Assembly (NCBI GenBank): GCA_951406725.2
Contig: OX597818.1
Span: 30,442,001 to 30,506,000, forward strand
Direction of reading: 5' to 3'
DNA length: 64,000 bases
DNA from: Octopus vulgaris
Taxonomy: Eukaryota
Shown here: positions 26,221 through 37,111 of the stretch, piece after piece
Numbering within the stretch: position 1 is the first letter of the stretch
Layout of the letters: the number at the start of each line of letters is the position of its first letter
The notes under the pieces: generated by a model
What the model was told of the DNA's origin: nothing
What the model saw: the letters and a program-made list of their open reading frames with translations, nothing else
Database searches by the model: none
Translations under genes and position numbers: made by a program

Positions 26221-26428
26221 ATACCTATTTCTTTACTACCCACAAGGGGCTAAACACAGAGGGGACAAACAAGGACAGACAAACGGATTAAGTCGATTAC
26301 ATTGATCCCAGTGCGTAACTGGTACTTAATCTATCGACCCCGAAAGGATGAAAGGCAAAGTCAACCGCGGCGGAATTTGAACTCAGAACATAACGGCTAC
26401 ACATTTCGACCAGCGTTCTAACGATTCT
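26221..26428 (-). mobile_element. SINE family B inserted into a degraded RTE fragment (about 25930-26820, minus strand)
   Basis: Flanked by GCAGCATA duplication (26213-20 / 26429-36). Host encodes EVVANFFY...RIRWEKFGELL. Confidence 0.75.
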
Positions 26429-27371
26429 GCAGCATACTGTCTGTCCTTCACTTGGAAAGAGAAACCTCTTGTTACCAACAGAAATAACAGCTCCCCAAAC
26501 TTTTCCCACCTTATTCTTACTTTAGTTATTGTACTTCCAGAACACCTACTTATATTGCTAATTAGGTAATCTGAGTAAAAGAAGTTAGCCACAACTTCTA
26601 GGGAGCCTTCTTGGCATTTGAAAGAATTCATTTCATGGGTGCTCTACCTGCTAACTACTCCTGTACATCTGAAATATGCCCCTGCATATATTCACATACT
26701 TCTAATGACTCATTTCTATATTTTAGTTCTACTTCCCCTGATTTCATTGCTTTTTCTAAAACAACTATTAATCTTCTCATTGACCCTGAATACCCTTAGG
26801 TAATCCAAAAGCCAACATTATGGAAAATTATAAAAGGCTTTCTTATGATCAATCCAAATAACATTAAGTCCTTTCTTATTCACACCTCAATATCACACAT
26901 TATAAAAGGCAGATTTTATCTGCCTCCCTTTGGGAGTTATAGAAATCTACAATATAGGATTTCTTCAATTACAATTTACCTAGCATTTTTAAGAGTACAA
27001 TGCATCGCGTCATGCCAGGTCCAGTTTTTAAAATTTAAACTCCAATTAAGCAAAATTTACAGAAAACTCACATTCTGGTGTGTGTGTCAAATGCTTTTCT
27101 TAGTCTGGTTTACACCACACGCAAACGCACACACACAGTGGGCAACGAATAAAATGAAAGTAAATAGCGACAGAGTGATTTGAGGAAGACTAAACTGAAA
27201 GTATTCTGTCTATGACGCTGATAGATACATGAGTAAAATGTATGGGAAGCTAAGAGCTAAGAGTGAGTGAAAATGTTCTTGGAAGAGAGTAAATAGCGAG
27301 AGAGAGAGTGATTTGAGGAAGACTTTACATTAAATAACCGTAGGGGCTTGTGTTAGTAATAAAGTAAACAT

Positions 27372-27391
27372 ACACTCATACATACATACAT

Positions 27392-27422
<31 letters not shown>

Positions 27423-27462
27423 TACACACACACATACATACACACACACATACATACACACA

Positions 27463-27494
<32 letters not shown>

Positions 27495-27528
27495 CATACA
27501 TACACACACACACATACACACACACACA
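27372..27528. repeat. (ACAT)n/(AC)n microsatellite
   Basis: Direct reading. Confidence 0.95.
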
Positions 27529-27717
27529 GTATTGAAGCTTGAGAACAATCAGATACATTTGCAACACATCTGTTGAAAATATTATTGTTCACACACATAC
27601 ATATACATATATACATACAGACAGACAGACAGATAGACACACACACACACACATGATCCAGCATGGCCACAACCTCAAGGCTGAAACATATAAAAGAATA
27701 ACAGAATATAAATGTGT

Positions 27718-28065
27718 GCAAAGTACAAGAAATATTAATGCAGTATATGGGGATTGGACAATAAGCGTAAGGCAGTGTCAATGGTGGTTCCAGAAATCCC
27801 GAGCCATAAACTACAGCCTAGAAGACGAGCCTCATCCTGAAAGATCTGTAGAACTCGACAAGGACATCCTGAAAACCCTGGTGGAACAAAATCTCATCGT
27901 AACTGTTGAGGAACTAGCAGAGAAGCTTGGATTTGGTCATTCAACCATTCATTGAGACCTGTGTGCTATCGGAAAAGTCAGCAAATTGGGTCAATGGGTT
28001 CCTCACGAACTTTCCGAGTCTAATTGCATGCAGAGAGTGAATGTATGCTTTTCTTTGCTGTCACA
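27718..28065 (+). pseudogene. Mariner (SETMAR/Hsmar-like) transposase N-terminal fragment
   Basis: RNINAVYG...QWWFQK...SLEDEP...TVEELAEKLG..HSTIH*...GKVSKLGQWVPHEL. WVPHEL is the mariner signature. Confidence 0.88.
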
Positions 28066-28090
28066 TCTCACCACTACTGCGCTATGTATA

Positions 28091-28726
28091 TCTATATATA
28101 TAAAACTGTAGTTGTGTGAGTGTCTGTCCCCTTCGATTTAGATTCCTAACTACTCCCACATTTTGCGGTGCAGTTTAACCAAATTCGGGTAGCTTATAGT
28201 CGTGATTCATATCGAGCCCGTCTGAATATTAGCGCGCGTCTACGATGAGTCTACGATTTTAAAAATAATTTAACATCATTTTTTATTCCTTTTAATGCAT
28301 AATTTTTCGTATGTCGATGGCGGCGGAGTTGGCGTCCACGCTCACACCTGCACCTGTGGGGAAGGGAGTGTAAGGAAATCAACGTCATAATGCGTTGTCA
28401 AGGAGACCAGTGTTCTTTTAGAACAACGACTTCATGGCTTGAAGACACCAAAACAGAAATGGCTAAGAAAGCGTCTACATGAGTCTACGATTTAAAAAAA
28501 ATTTACCATCGTTCTTTTTCCATTTTAATGCATATTTTTCGCTATTATATAAGGGAAGTAACTCTCTAAAAATGTCTACGATGAGTCAACGATTTTTAAA
28601 AAAATTTACCATCATATTTTTTCCATTTTTAATGCATTTTTTGCTATTTTTTGGCTATAACTCTCTAAAAATGCTTATATAGTTATTTCCCTTACAAACC
28701 CGAGCAACGCCGGGCGATACTGCTAG
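28091..28726 (+). mobile_element. Non-autonomous Helitron
   Basis: A|TC 5' end, 3' CTAG|T end, subterminal hairpin CCCGAGCAACGCCGGG (28699-28714), internal gtctacgatgagtc repeats. Confidence 0.85.
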
Positions 28727-28749
28727 TCACACAATAAATATACAACAGG

Positions 28750-29230
28750 TCAGTAGTTCCTCATGCAATCAGTATACAACAGGCCAATAGTTCCTCTTTC
28801 TGCATCCCTTTTGTTCTTCTGGTAATAGAGATATCTATACAACCCATCTGCTATGAGAGTAGTTATTAATTTCCAGAGTAATGATAAGCATGTAATAGGC
28901 CTATAATTACTAATATCCCCTCTCTTTTCTTTATCCTTCTGCATTAGCACTGTCTTTCCTTTTCTCACCTATGTTGGCGTTCCATTTTCTCTAGTCAGTA
29001 AGAAACAGTTGCATACAGCTGTGCATAGTTGTTAGATTTTTAACCCAGAATTTCTGAGCACCATCTGGTCCAGGAGTTTTCCAGTTCTATATTTTCTTAA
29101 GTATATTTTTCACTTTCTCATCTGTAATATTTGAATTCTTTTGTTTTGATCTATTTTTCATTTCACTTTTAAATTCATGCAATCAGTTTGTTTCCCTCTT
29201 AATGTTGAACATCTTTGCTCCAAATATCAG
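28750..29230 (-). mobile_element. R4/Dong-clade non-LTR RT fragment
   Basis: WKTPGPDG...FWVK and GKTVLMQKD...SNYRPITCLSLLWKL. Confidence 0.7.
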
Positions 29231-29309
29231 ACCAAAAGTTTCTTGCTGCTTTACCATTTGGCAATTCACTCCCCTGGTTTTTATTTCCAGTGTTCAGTAA
29301 AATTTTCTT

Positions 29310-29465
29310 TCATTTGTTGTTGTTGTTCTTCTTCTTCAACTCCTCCTCCTCCTCAACTTCTCCTCCTCCTCCTCCTCCTCCTCCTCTTCTTCTCCTTTTT
29401 ATCCTCCTCCTCCTCCTCCTCTTCTTCTTCTTCTTCTTCTTCTTCTTCTTTTTCTTCTTCTTCAA
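29310..29465. repeat. (TTG)/(TCC)n/(TTC)n compound microsatellite
   Basis: Direct reading. Confidence 0.95.
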
Positions 29466-30228
29466 CAGCACCACCACAACACCAGTGTTATTATCTACTT
29501 TCAACTTTTCCAGGCTTACATGCATCAGACTGAATTTGTTGCAGCAAATTTTATACAGCCAGATGCTCTTTTTGTTGTCAACCCACACCTGTTTCCAAGT
29601 AAGATAATATTTTCCTGTTCTGTGGAGTGGTTGGTGTTAGGAAGGGCATCCAGCCATAAAATCCCAGCCAAAACAGACACAGTAGCCTTGGGTAGATTTT
29701 CTGCCTGGCCGGCTCTTGTCAACTGTCCTACCCATGGAAGATGGACATTAAACAATGATGATGATGATAGCCAGACTTGTTTTTCACATAAGACTGGAGA
29801 TGAACAACCTTGTTTGTATGACGATGAGGCTCATTTACAACTGTCACATGACAACAGCACAAAGGTATACAAACATGCATGATAGGCAAAACTAGTCTAG
29901 TCTAGTGATCCTAGAGAAGTGAGGCAGTTATCTCCCCTGTCTGTATATGTATATATATAATAAGTAAAACATATGCATATATACATACATATATGTACAT
30001 ACCTACATCTATATGTATATATACATGCATATATGGGTACAGGACACCAAAAAACGAACACAATGAAAATACAGAGTACAAGACATACAACACAAGGAAT
30101 ATTCCCCTTCTTCAGTTGCCCCTGTTTCGACTACTCCGTGTTTCGAAGGTAAGTTATTATATGATCGATCGCCACACATCCACTTCCAAATAAGTTTTAT
30201 CTATCTATATATATATATCTATATATAT

Positions 30229-30530
30229 CACGTGATCACGTGACCGACCAGACCATCAGATGTTGCTACACATCTCTGGTCACAATGCGTTCGCATTGTT
30301 TTAGCCTTCGAATGACGACACCCCGCTGGCTAAGCGACCAGGCCAACAGAAGAAAGAGTGGGAGAAAGAGTAGTGAAAGAGTACAGCAGGGATCACCACC
30401 CCCTGCCGGAGCCTCGTGGAGCTTTTAGGTGTTTTCGCTCAATAAACACTCACAACGCCCGGTCTGGGAATCGAAACCGCGATCCTACGACCGCGAGTCT
30501 GCTGCCCTAACCACTAGGCCATTGCACCTC

Positions 30531-30532
<2 letters not shown>
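30229..30532 (-). mobile_element. SINE family C (tail type 3, ending in (CACGTGAT)n)
   Basis: Same head as 14451 with an unrelated 3' half. Confidence 0.85.
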
Positions 30533-30568
<36 letters not shown>

Positions 30569-30666
30569 ACGGGAAGCTTTATGAAAATAAACAAAAGACG
30601 AAGGCAGGTGGAAAACAAACGAACAATTGTATTAGTATGGCGCTCAGGAAATATAAATAAAACAAG

Positions 30667-30704
30667 TCTTTAACGTTTCGAGCCTACGCTCTTCAACAGA
30701 AAGA
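30667..30704 (-). ncRNA. Minimal hammerhead-like motif in the PLE 3' terminus (core variant CUGUUGA)
   Basis: TCTTT-CTGTTGA-A-GAGC GTAG GCTC-GAAA-C-GTT-AAAGA. Stem III is reduced to the ACGT palindrome. Confidence 0.55.
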
Positions 30705-30864
30705 TACACAGAGAGAAAAAAAAACACAGAAAGAAGGAGAGAAAAAAATGCGTGCAGTAGCTAACGAATCAACATGGCGATCTGATTTCGGCCAGAGGTC
30801 AAAGATCAAACATGAGACGCGAGAGCGAAATAAGGGGAGATAATAGGGTTGAGGGACCAGCTAA

Positions 30865-31207
30865 TAGTGCGTAGGAGGGGTCTGGATGTGTGTATGTATA
30901 GGGTTGGTGTATGTATTAGTATGTGATAAGGGTGTGTGTGTGTGTGTGTGTGTGTGTATGAGAGAGTATTAGTGCGTAGGATTGGTCTGGACGTGCGTAT
31001 GTATGGGGTTGGTGTATGTATTAGTATGTATTAGTATGTATTAGTACGTATTAGTATGTATAAGTGTGTGTGTGTGTGTGTATGAGAGAGTATAAGTGCG
31101 TATGCGGGGTCTGGACGTGTGTATGTATAGGGTTGGTGTATGTATTAGTATGTACTAGTATGTATTAGTACATATTAGTATGTATTAGTTGGTGTATGTA
31201 TTAGTAT
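30865..31207. repeat. Compound tandem repeat (~105-125 bp units containing (TATTAGTATG)n and (GT)n) in the PLE 3' region
   Basis: gtgcgta..ggtctgga.gtg.gtatgtat.gggttggtgtatgtattagtatg recurs near 30868, 30972 and 31096. Confidence 0.8.
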
Positions 31208-32416
31208 GGCACATCATATGTGATGTGATGTGTAAAGTCATGTGGTGTAGTGAGGAGAAGAGGGGGAGGGGGAGAAGAGGGGGGAGAAGGTGAGAGGAAG
31301 AAGAGGGGGAGAGGGGGAAAGGAGAGGATGGGGGAGAAGGAAGGGGAGGACGGGGGATGAAGGAGGAAAGAGGGAGAGGGGGAGAGAGAAGGGGAGAGAG
31401 GGAGTGAGGGAGCAGAGAGGGAAGGGGAAGAGGGAGGGAGAAAGAGGGAAGAAGGGAAGGGGAGTAGGGGTGAAAGGATGAAGGACTGAAGAAGTAGGGG
31501 TCGGGGAGAAAGGATAGGTGAGGAGGGGGAGAGGGGGGTTAGATGAGGAGGGGGGAGAGTTGAGACCAAATGGCGTATAAGAGCGAAGAAAGAAGATTAA
31601 TTCCTGTTCACGGCGCAAACGGGAATCCGGATGGCCTCTGTGTAAGGACAAACCAAACACAGATAGGTGTTGCAAGGAGTGACCGGTGGAGCGGAAATGG
31701 CGTGAGACCGGTGTGTCGTTCGCAAGGTGGATGTCACGAAGGTGTTCCGCGAACCGGTCAGCCAAGCGGCGTCCCGTTTGTCCGATGTACAAGGAATTGC
31801 AGAGAGAGCAAGAGATGCAATAGATAATATTGCTGGAGGTGCAGGTGAAGGAGTGGATGATGGGATAGGGTCGATGGTGGGTGCTAGTGAGGCGGGTGGT
31901 GTTGGAGAGGTAGGGCAAGTGCGGCAACGTGGGCGGGAGCAGGGGAACGAGCCGGGTTGGGAGGTAGGGTCAGGGAAGGAGCTATGGACCAAAAGGTCTC
32001 GAAGGTTGTGAGCTCGTTTGAAAGAGGGGAGGGGTCGGTTAGGGAAGAGGTGTGAAGTGGATGGGTCGGACTGGAGATGACGGAAAGCTCGAAGAATGGT
32101 GCGTTGGAGACGTAGGGTCGTGGGGTGGTAAGTGAGGGGAAAAGGGAGGCGGGAGACTACAGGGCGGGTTCGGGGAGAGAGAGCAGATACACGGTCCACG
32201 GACCGTGCTCTGGCAAGGGCGGTGTGGATAGTGGTGAGGGGGTATCCACGTAGGGTGAAGTGGTGAGCCATACGTTGAGACTGAGTCTCAAAGTCATGGT
32301 CGTCACTACAGAGCCTACGTAGACGGAGGAATTGGGAATAGGGGATGGAAAGTTTGGTGTGTTCTGGGTGGGAGGAAGAGAAGTTGAGGTATGAGTGTGA
32401 GTCTGTGTGTTTGTAG

Positions 32417-32458
<42 letters not shown>

Positions 32459-32559
32459 ATCCAAACAAGAAAACACAGAAAAAAAGAGAAAAAAACACAG
32501 CAACGCAGGACGTGGAACAATTAAAGTACTATTGACGCTCAGGAAAGAAGGGAAGGAGG

Positions 32560-32594
32560 GTTTAACGTTTCAAGCAGAGCTCTTCGTCGGAAAC
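32560..32594 (-). ncRNA. Minimal hammerhead-like motif in a second PLE-type terminus (core variant CCGACGA)
   Basis: GTTT-CCGACGA-A-GAGC TCT GCTT-GAAA-C-GTT-AAAC. It lies in a 32455-32640 segment that ends at (TA)n. Confidence 0.55.
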
Positions 32595-33064
32595 AAGGAG
32601 AAGGAAAGATCCCAAGAAGGGAAGACAGAGGAAAAAATATTTGAGCTGGTGGTGCTCAAGAGATTTGCTCGACTAAAGGCGGTGCTCCAGCATGGCCACA
32701 GTCAAATGACTGAAACAAGTAAAAAATAAATATCATCATCTAACCGTTACCCATTAGTCGTGTTTTAAATAGACATGACTCCTAGAGCAATTACACATTA
32801 AAAATTAGTAAGAACACAATACCCACGTAATTCTGAAGTCCACCTTTTTCTTTATTAAGTGCTTATTTTTTCTTACTGTGCTGCTGTTGAGTACTCTTTG
32901 ATAATACAGATTCTTAAAATGAATTTATTGTGTTTCTGTATGAAACGATTGTCTGGCGAATTGAATAAATATTTTATCCCATATTAACATCTAATCTCTT
33001 CCATTTATGAAAAATATGATTGAATTTGTCAAACTTCGTTCTATAACTTAAATCATATACTTAT

Positions 33065-33480
33065 ATATCTATACGAGCAAAACGCCCCCCATCCCCAACG
33101 TCCAATGGATGGTGCTGAGTTGTCAAACATTTAAATCAAATTTTCTCAAAACAACTTGTCCAACCATCCCATAGGCCTCCCCCTTTAAGAAACACTGATT
33201 TAACCTAAATTTGAGACACCGTGCATTTTTCTCGTGTACATGTAGTATCGATCGCAACAGCTGATGCACTTGCGAGTACAAATGCACTTGCGAATACAAA
33301 TGCACGTTGCCACGGTTTTATTGATTGCACTCACACCTGGAATCGATTTTTGTAATTTTTTCAAGACTTATGCATGCCCTTATGCCGTCGGTATCTACAT
33401 ATCAAATTTGAGTGCAATCAGATGGAAGATGCCTGAGATCCTAGAAGACAGACAGACAGAACGGATTTTATATAATATCT
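33065..33480 (-). mobile_element. Helitron-like non-autonomous element
   Basis: Minus-strand start TATATAAAA..(GTCT)n..CTCAAATTTG is typical of invertebrate non-autonomous Helitron 5' ends. 3' CTAG not seen. Confidence 0.45.
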
Positions 33481-34348
33481 ATCTATCTATATATATATAT
33501 ATATATATAAATTTGCATACACAGCAAACCCAGCTACTAACCATAAACTATAAAATAATTTTTTTCAGCTTATCAAACTTCAATATGGGAAAAATTTACA
33601 ACCTTCTACATCAATAACCCACTATTGTTCTTGCAAGTTGTTTTGTATACCTTCTACGGACTGCTTGAAGCTAACTAGCTTCTTACACCTTGATCCTTGA
33701 ATCTTACCTTTACATATATGTATATCAGTGGCATATGGTGGTTGCTGTCATCATGTGTGCTGCCAAACTGACCATACTATGACTAACATTAATATTACTC
33801 AAGTTAAAGGCGGCGAGCTGGCAGAAACGTTAGCACGCCAGGAGAAATGCTTAACAGCATTTCGTCTGTCTTTACATTCTGAGTTCAAATTCCACTAGGA
33901 ACGACTTTGTCTTTCATCTTTTTGAGGTCGATAAATTAAGTATCAGTTATGTATTGGGGTTGATCTAATCGATTGGCCTCTTCCCCTAAAATTTCGGGCC
34001 TTGCGCCTAGAGCAGAAAAGAATATTACTCAAATTAGGCATAAAACTGTGTATTTCTGATACTGCTTAAACTTGTAGTGTTTCTAGTGTATTTGCCATTT
34101 TCTATGGGAGTGCAGCACACATCTAGCACACCCAGAATATACATCCTTGATACACACACACCCACACGCACAAACACACACATATATGATGGGCCTCTTT
34201 CAGTTTCCATCTACCAAATCCACTCTCAAGAGTTTGGCTAGCTTGGAGCTATACTAGAAGACAGGTACCTTCACCACACACACACACATCTGTACCTACT
34301 AGATATTAAATGCTTTGATTCCATGCAGAAAAATTAGGGTTAACCTAC

Positions 34349-34497
34349 CTAATTGAGTGTATGATACTGGTAGAGAGTTTTAATTCCCACAGATTTGGAA
34401 CAAGGGAGCCAAAGTTTCCAAGACTCATTTCTGATGTGTCCACTTTCAGGTCAAGGGTTTTCACATCTTCGAGGTCATCAACTCCAGACAACAGACA
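34349..34497 (-). CDS. LRRC56: LRRC56-like coding exon 2 (CLLSGVDDLEDVKTLDLKVDTSEMSLGNFGSLVPNLWELKLSTSIIHSI)
   Basis: Not in the ORF track; translated by hand. Acceptor taatttCAG, donor AG|GTAGGT, 149 nt, phase 0 to 2. Matches the LRRC56 'VDT-E-SLGNFG-LPNL-LKL' segment. Confidence 0.9.
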
Positions 34498-34512
34498 CTG
34501 AAATTAAAGAGG

Positions 34513-34673
34513 ACAAAATTGACTGGGTAAATATCAATTGTTGCTGTTGTTGTTTTTGATTAACCCCAGGTGAGTTCTGAATGAGCAAAGTACACATGCA
34601 CGTACTTTTTTTGCTCAGTTGGAACTCACCTAACAACAACAGCAACAACTGATATTTACCCAGTCAATTTTGT
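34513..34673. repeat. Fold-back inverted repeat (42-bp outer arms plus inner stems)
   Basis: 34513-34554 vs 34632-34673 differ at one position. Inner stems are AGGTGAGTTC/GAACTCACCT, TGAGCAAA/TTTGCTCA and GTAC/GTAC. Confidence 0.9.
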
Positions 34674-35726
34674 GTGTATGTATGTATGTACATAAATACA
34701 TACGTACATACATACATCTATACCATATGTACATATATATATACATATGTACATACATACGTACATACATAAAAGAAAGAAAACATACTAATGAACACAG
34801 ATGTGTATACCCCCGTCCCACTGCAATGGCTATACATATATACTAACACTACACACACTCCATTGCCACAAGAACATCAAACTTACAAATACACACATTT
34901 CCCATAAACTTTTTTTCCAGAAACCTCTTGCTGAGTTGCAACAAAACCACTCCCACAGTTGATGATTTTGTACCAAGAGACAACTTATCCATAGCTCATT
35001 TTATTTTATAATCTTTTTCACAGCAACCACAAACCAGATGTGTCTATTCACCTCCAACAACAGAGAGCAGTTGCCATATTTCATTCCACAACAGCTACCA
35101 CTGAAGAGCGCAGGGTTACATAATCAGACAGTTACCTAACACTCTTTTGAATCCCAAATGCAAAACCGGTTGATAAGATTGGTCATAATGGATATATAAT
35201 ACCGTACACTTTGATTAATATATGTACATCATCATCATTTAGCATCTGCTTTCCATGCTAGCATGGGTTGGACGGTTCAACTGGGGTCTGGGAAGCCAGA
35301 AGGCTGCACCAGACCCAGTCTGATCTGGCAATGTTTCTACGGCTGGATGCCCTTCCTAACGCCAACCACTCCGTGAGTGTAGTGGGTGCTTTTTACTTGC
35401 CAGACGAGGCTGGCAAACGGCCACGATCAGATGGTGCTTTTTACATGCCAGTGCACTGTTTCATGATGTTAAGATTAACATAAAAAAGTACTTCATCAGG
35501 TGAGAGATGTGTGGTTAGGAAGCTTACTTCCCAGCTACATGGTTTCAGGTTCAGTCCCACTGCGTCGCACCTTGGGCAAGTGTCTTCCGCTATATCCCCG
35601 GGCCAACCGAAGCCTTGTAATTGAATTTGTTAGGGAGAAGTTACCGCCGTGTGTGCACATGTGTGTGTAAATGCTTGTACCTTCTAACACAGAGGGAAGA
35701 AACACAATATATATTTTTATGAGTTT

Positions 35727-37111
35727 GTCAAAGGTAGGCTAACTGGGAAGATAGTTTTTGTATGTGGCAGGTGCTCTGGAGCATTGACCTCCGAAAATCT
35801 GCAGAAAACAACTTCTGTCACTTTCCGGGGGAAAACTAGAAGTAGTTGATAGTTTCCGCTATCTAGGTGACCAAGTCAGTAGTGGGGGTGGGTGCGCTGA
35901 AAGTGTAACTGCTAGAATAAGAATAGCCTGGGCAAAGTTTAGGGAGCTCTTACCTCTGCTGGTGACTAAAGGCCTCTCGCTCAGAGTAAAAGGCAGACTG
36001 TATGATGCATGTGTACGAACAGCTATGCTACATGGCAGTGAAACATGGGCCGTGACTGCTGAGGACATGCGTAAGCTCGTGAGGAACGAAGCCAGTATGC
36101 TCCGATGGATGTGTAATGTCAGTGTACTTACTCGACAGAGCGTTAGTACCTTGAGAGAAATGTTGTACCTAAGAAGCATCAGTTGTTGTGTGCAAGAGAG
36201 ACGATTGCGCTGGTATGGTCATGTGGCGAGAATGGATGAAGAGAGGTGTGTGAGAAAGTGCCAATCCCTAGCAGTTGAGGGAACCCGTGGAAGAGGTAGA
36301 CCCAGGAAAACCTGGGACGAGGTGGTGAAGCACGACCTTCGGACGTTAGGTCTCACCATGGAAATGACTAGAGACCGAGACCTATGGAAGTATGCTGTGC
36401 GTGAGAAGACCCGGCAAGACTAGTGAAGCCATAATCCGTGGCCCCTACCTGGGACGTAGTCAGTCCACCTGTGCATACCTTCCTTCTTGTGACACTTGTG
36501 AAGACCTGTTGAGGCAAGTGAGAATCGAATCGTATCAAATCAAATCGAACCAAATCAAAATAGATGAACATCAATGGAATTTGTATCCTTGTGGTACCAG
36601 TGCCGGTGGCACATAAGAAAACCATCCGAACGTGACCGTAGCCAGTACCGCAATGACTGGCCTCCGTGCTGAGGGCACGTAACAAACACCATCCGAGCGT
36701 GGCCGTCCGCCAGCCTCGTCTAGCACCTGTGTCGGTGACACATAAGAAAACACCATCCGAGCGTGGCCGTCTGCCAGCCTCGTCTGGCACCTGTGTCGGT
36801 GGCACATAAAAAACACCATCCGAGCGTGGCCGTCTGCCAGCCTCGTCTGGCACCTGTGTCGGTGGCACATAAAAAACACCATCCGAGCGTGGCCGTCTGC
36901 CAGCCTCGTCTGGCACCTGTGTCGGTGGCACATAAAATCACCCACTACACTCTCGGAGTGGTTGGCGTTAGGAAGGGCATCCAGCTGTAGAAACACTGCC
37001 ACATCTGACTGGCCTGGTGCAGCCTTCGGGCTTCCCAGACCCCAGTTGAACCGTCCAACCCATGCTAGCATGGAAAGCGGACGTTAAACGATGATGATGA
37101 TGATGATGATG
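35727..37111 (+). mobile_element. Young 5'-truncated RTE-clade LINE with a 63-bp tandem array in its 3' UTR
   Basis: FVCGRC...LEVVDSFRYLG...MLHGSETW...RRLRWYGHVARM...RGRGRPRKTW, stop at 36423, (GAT)n tail. Confidence 0.95.
36660..36940. repeat. 63-bp tandem repeat (~4.5 units) in the RTE 3' UTR
   Basis: cacctgtgtcggtg starts at 36724, 36788, 36851 and 36914. Confidence 0.92.

Larger units (their letters stand above)
30570..32420 (-). mobile_element. 5'-truncated Penelope-like element (Neptune-type): RT C-terminus, Cys linker, GIY-YIG endonuclease, repeat-rich 3' region
   Basis: YKHTDSHSYLNFSSSHP...SIPYSQFLRLRRLCS...RGYP; CSRPRCRTC linker; after a frameshift near 31915, NIIYCISCSLCNSLYIGQTGRRLADRFAEH...GLN. 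Both ends abut (TA)n. Confidence 0.9.

Noticed and set aside
27330-27781. CVCMYV/HTHT-type ORFs here and elsewhere (e.g. 4684-5022, 13215-13628, 17219-17702, 29177-29607)
   Set aside because: They are translations of microsatellites and low-complexity tracts.
36660-36940. CRISPR-like array or 21-aa repeat protein (ORF 36368-36931)
   Set aside because: Units are near-identical along their whole length with no unique spacers, no cas genes are present, and the array lies in an RTE 3' UTR. The ORF is a by-product of the 63-bp period.
36925-36995. Twister-type ribozyme in the RTE tail
   Set aside because: GTTGGCGTTAGGAAGGGCATCC resembles sequence found near RTE-associated twisters, but the twister core (GGTCCCAAGCCC pseudoknot) is absent.
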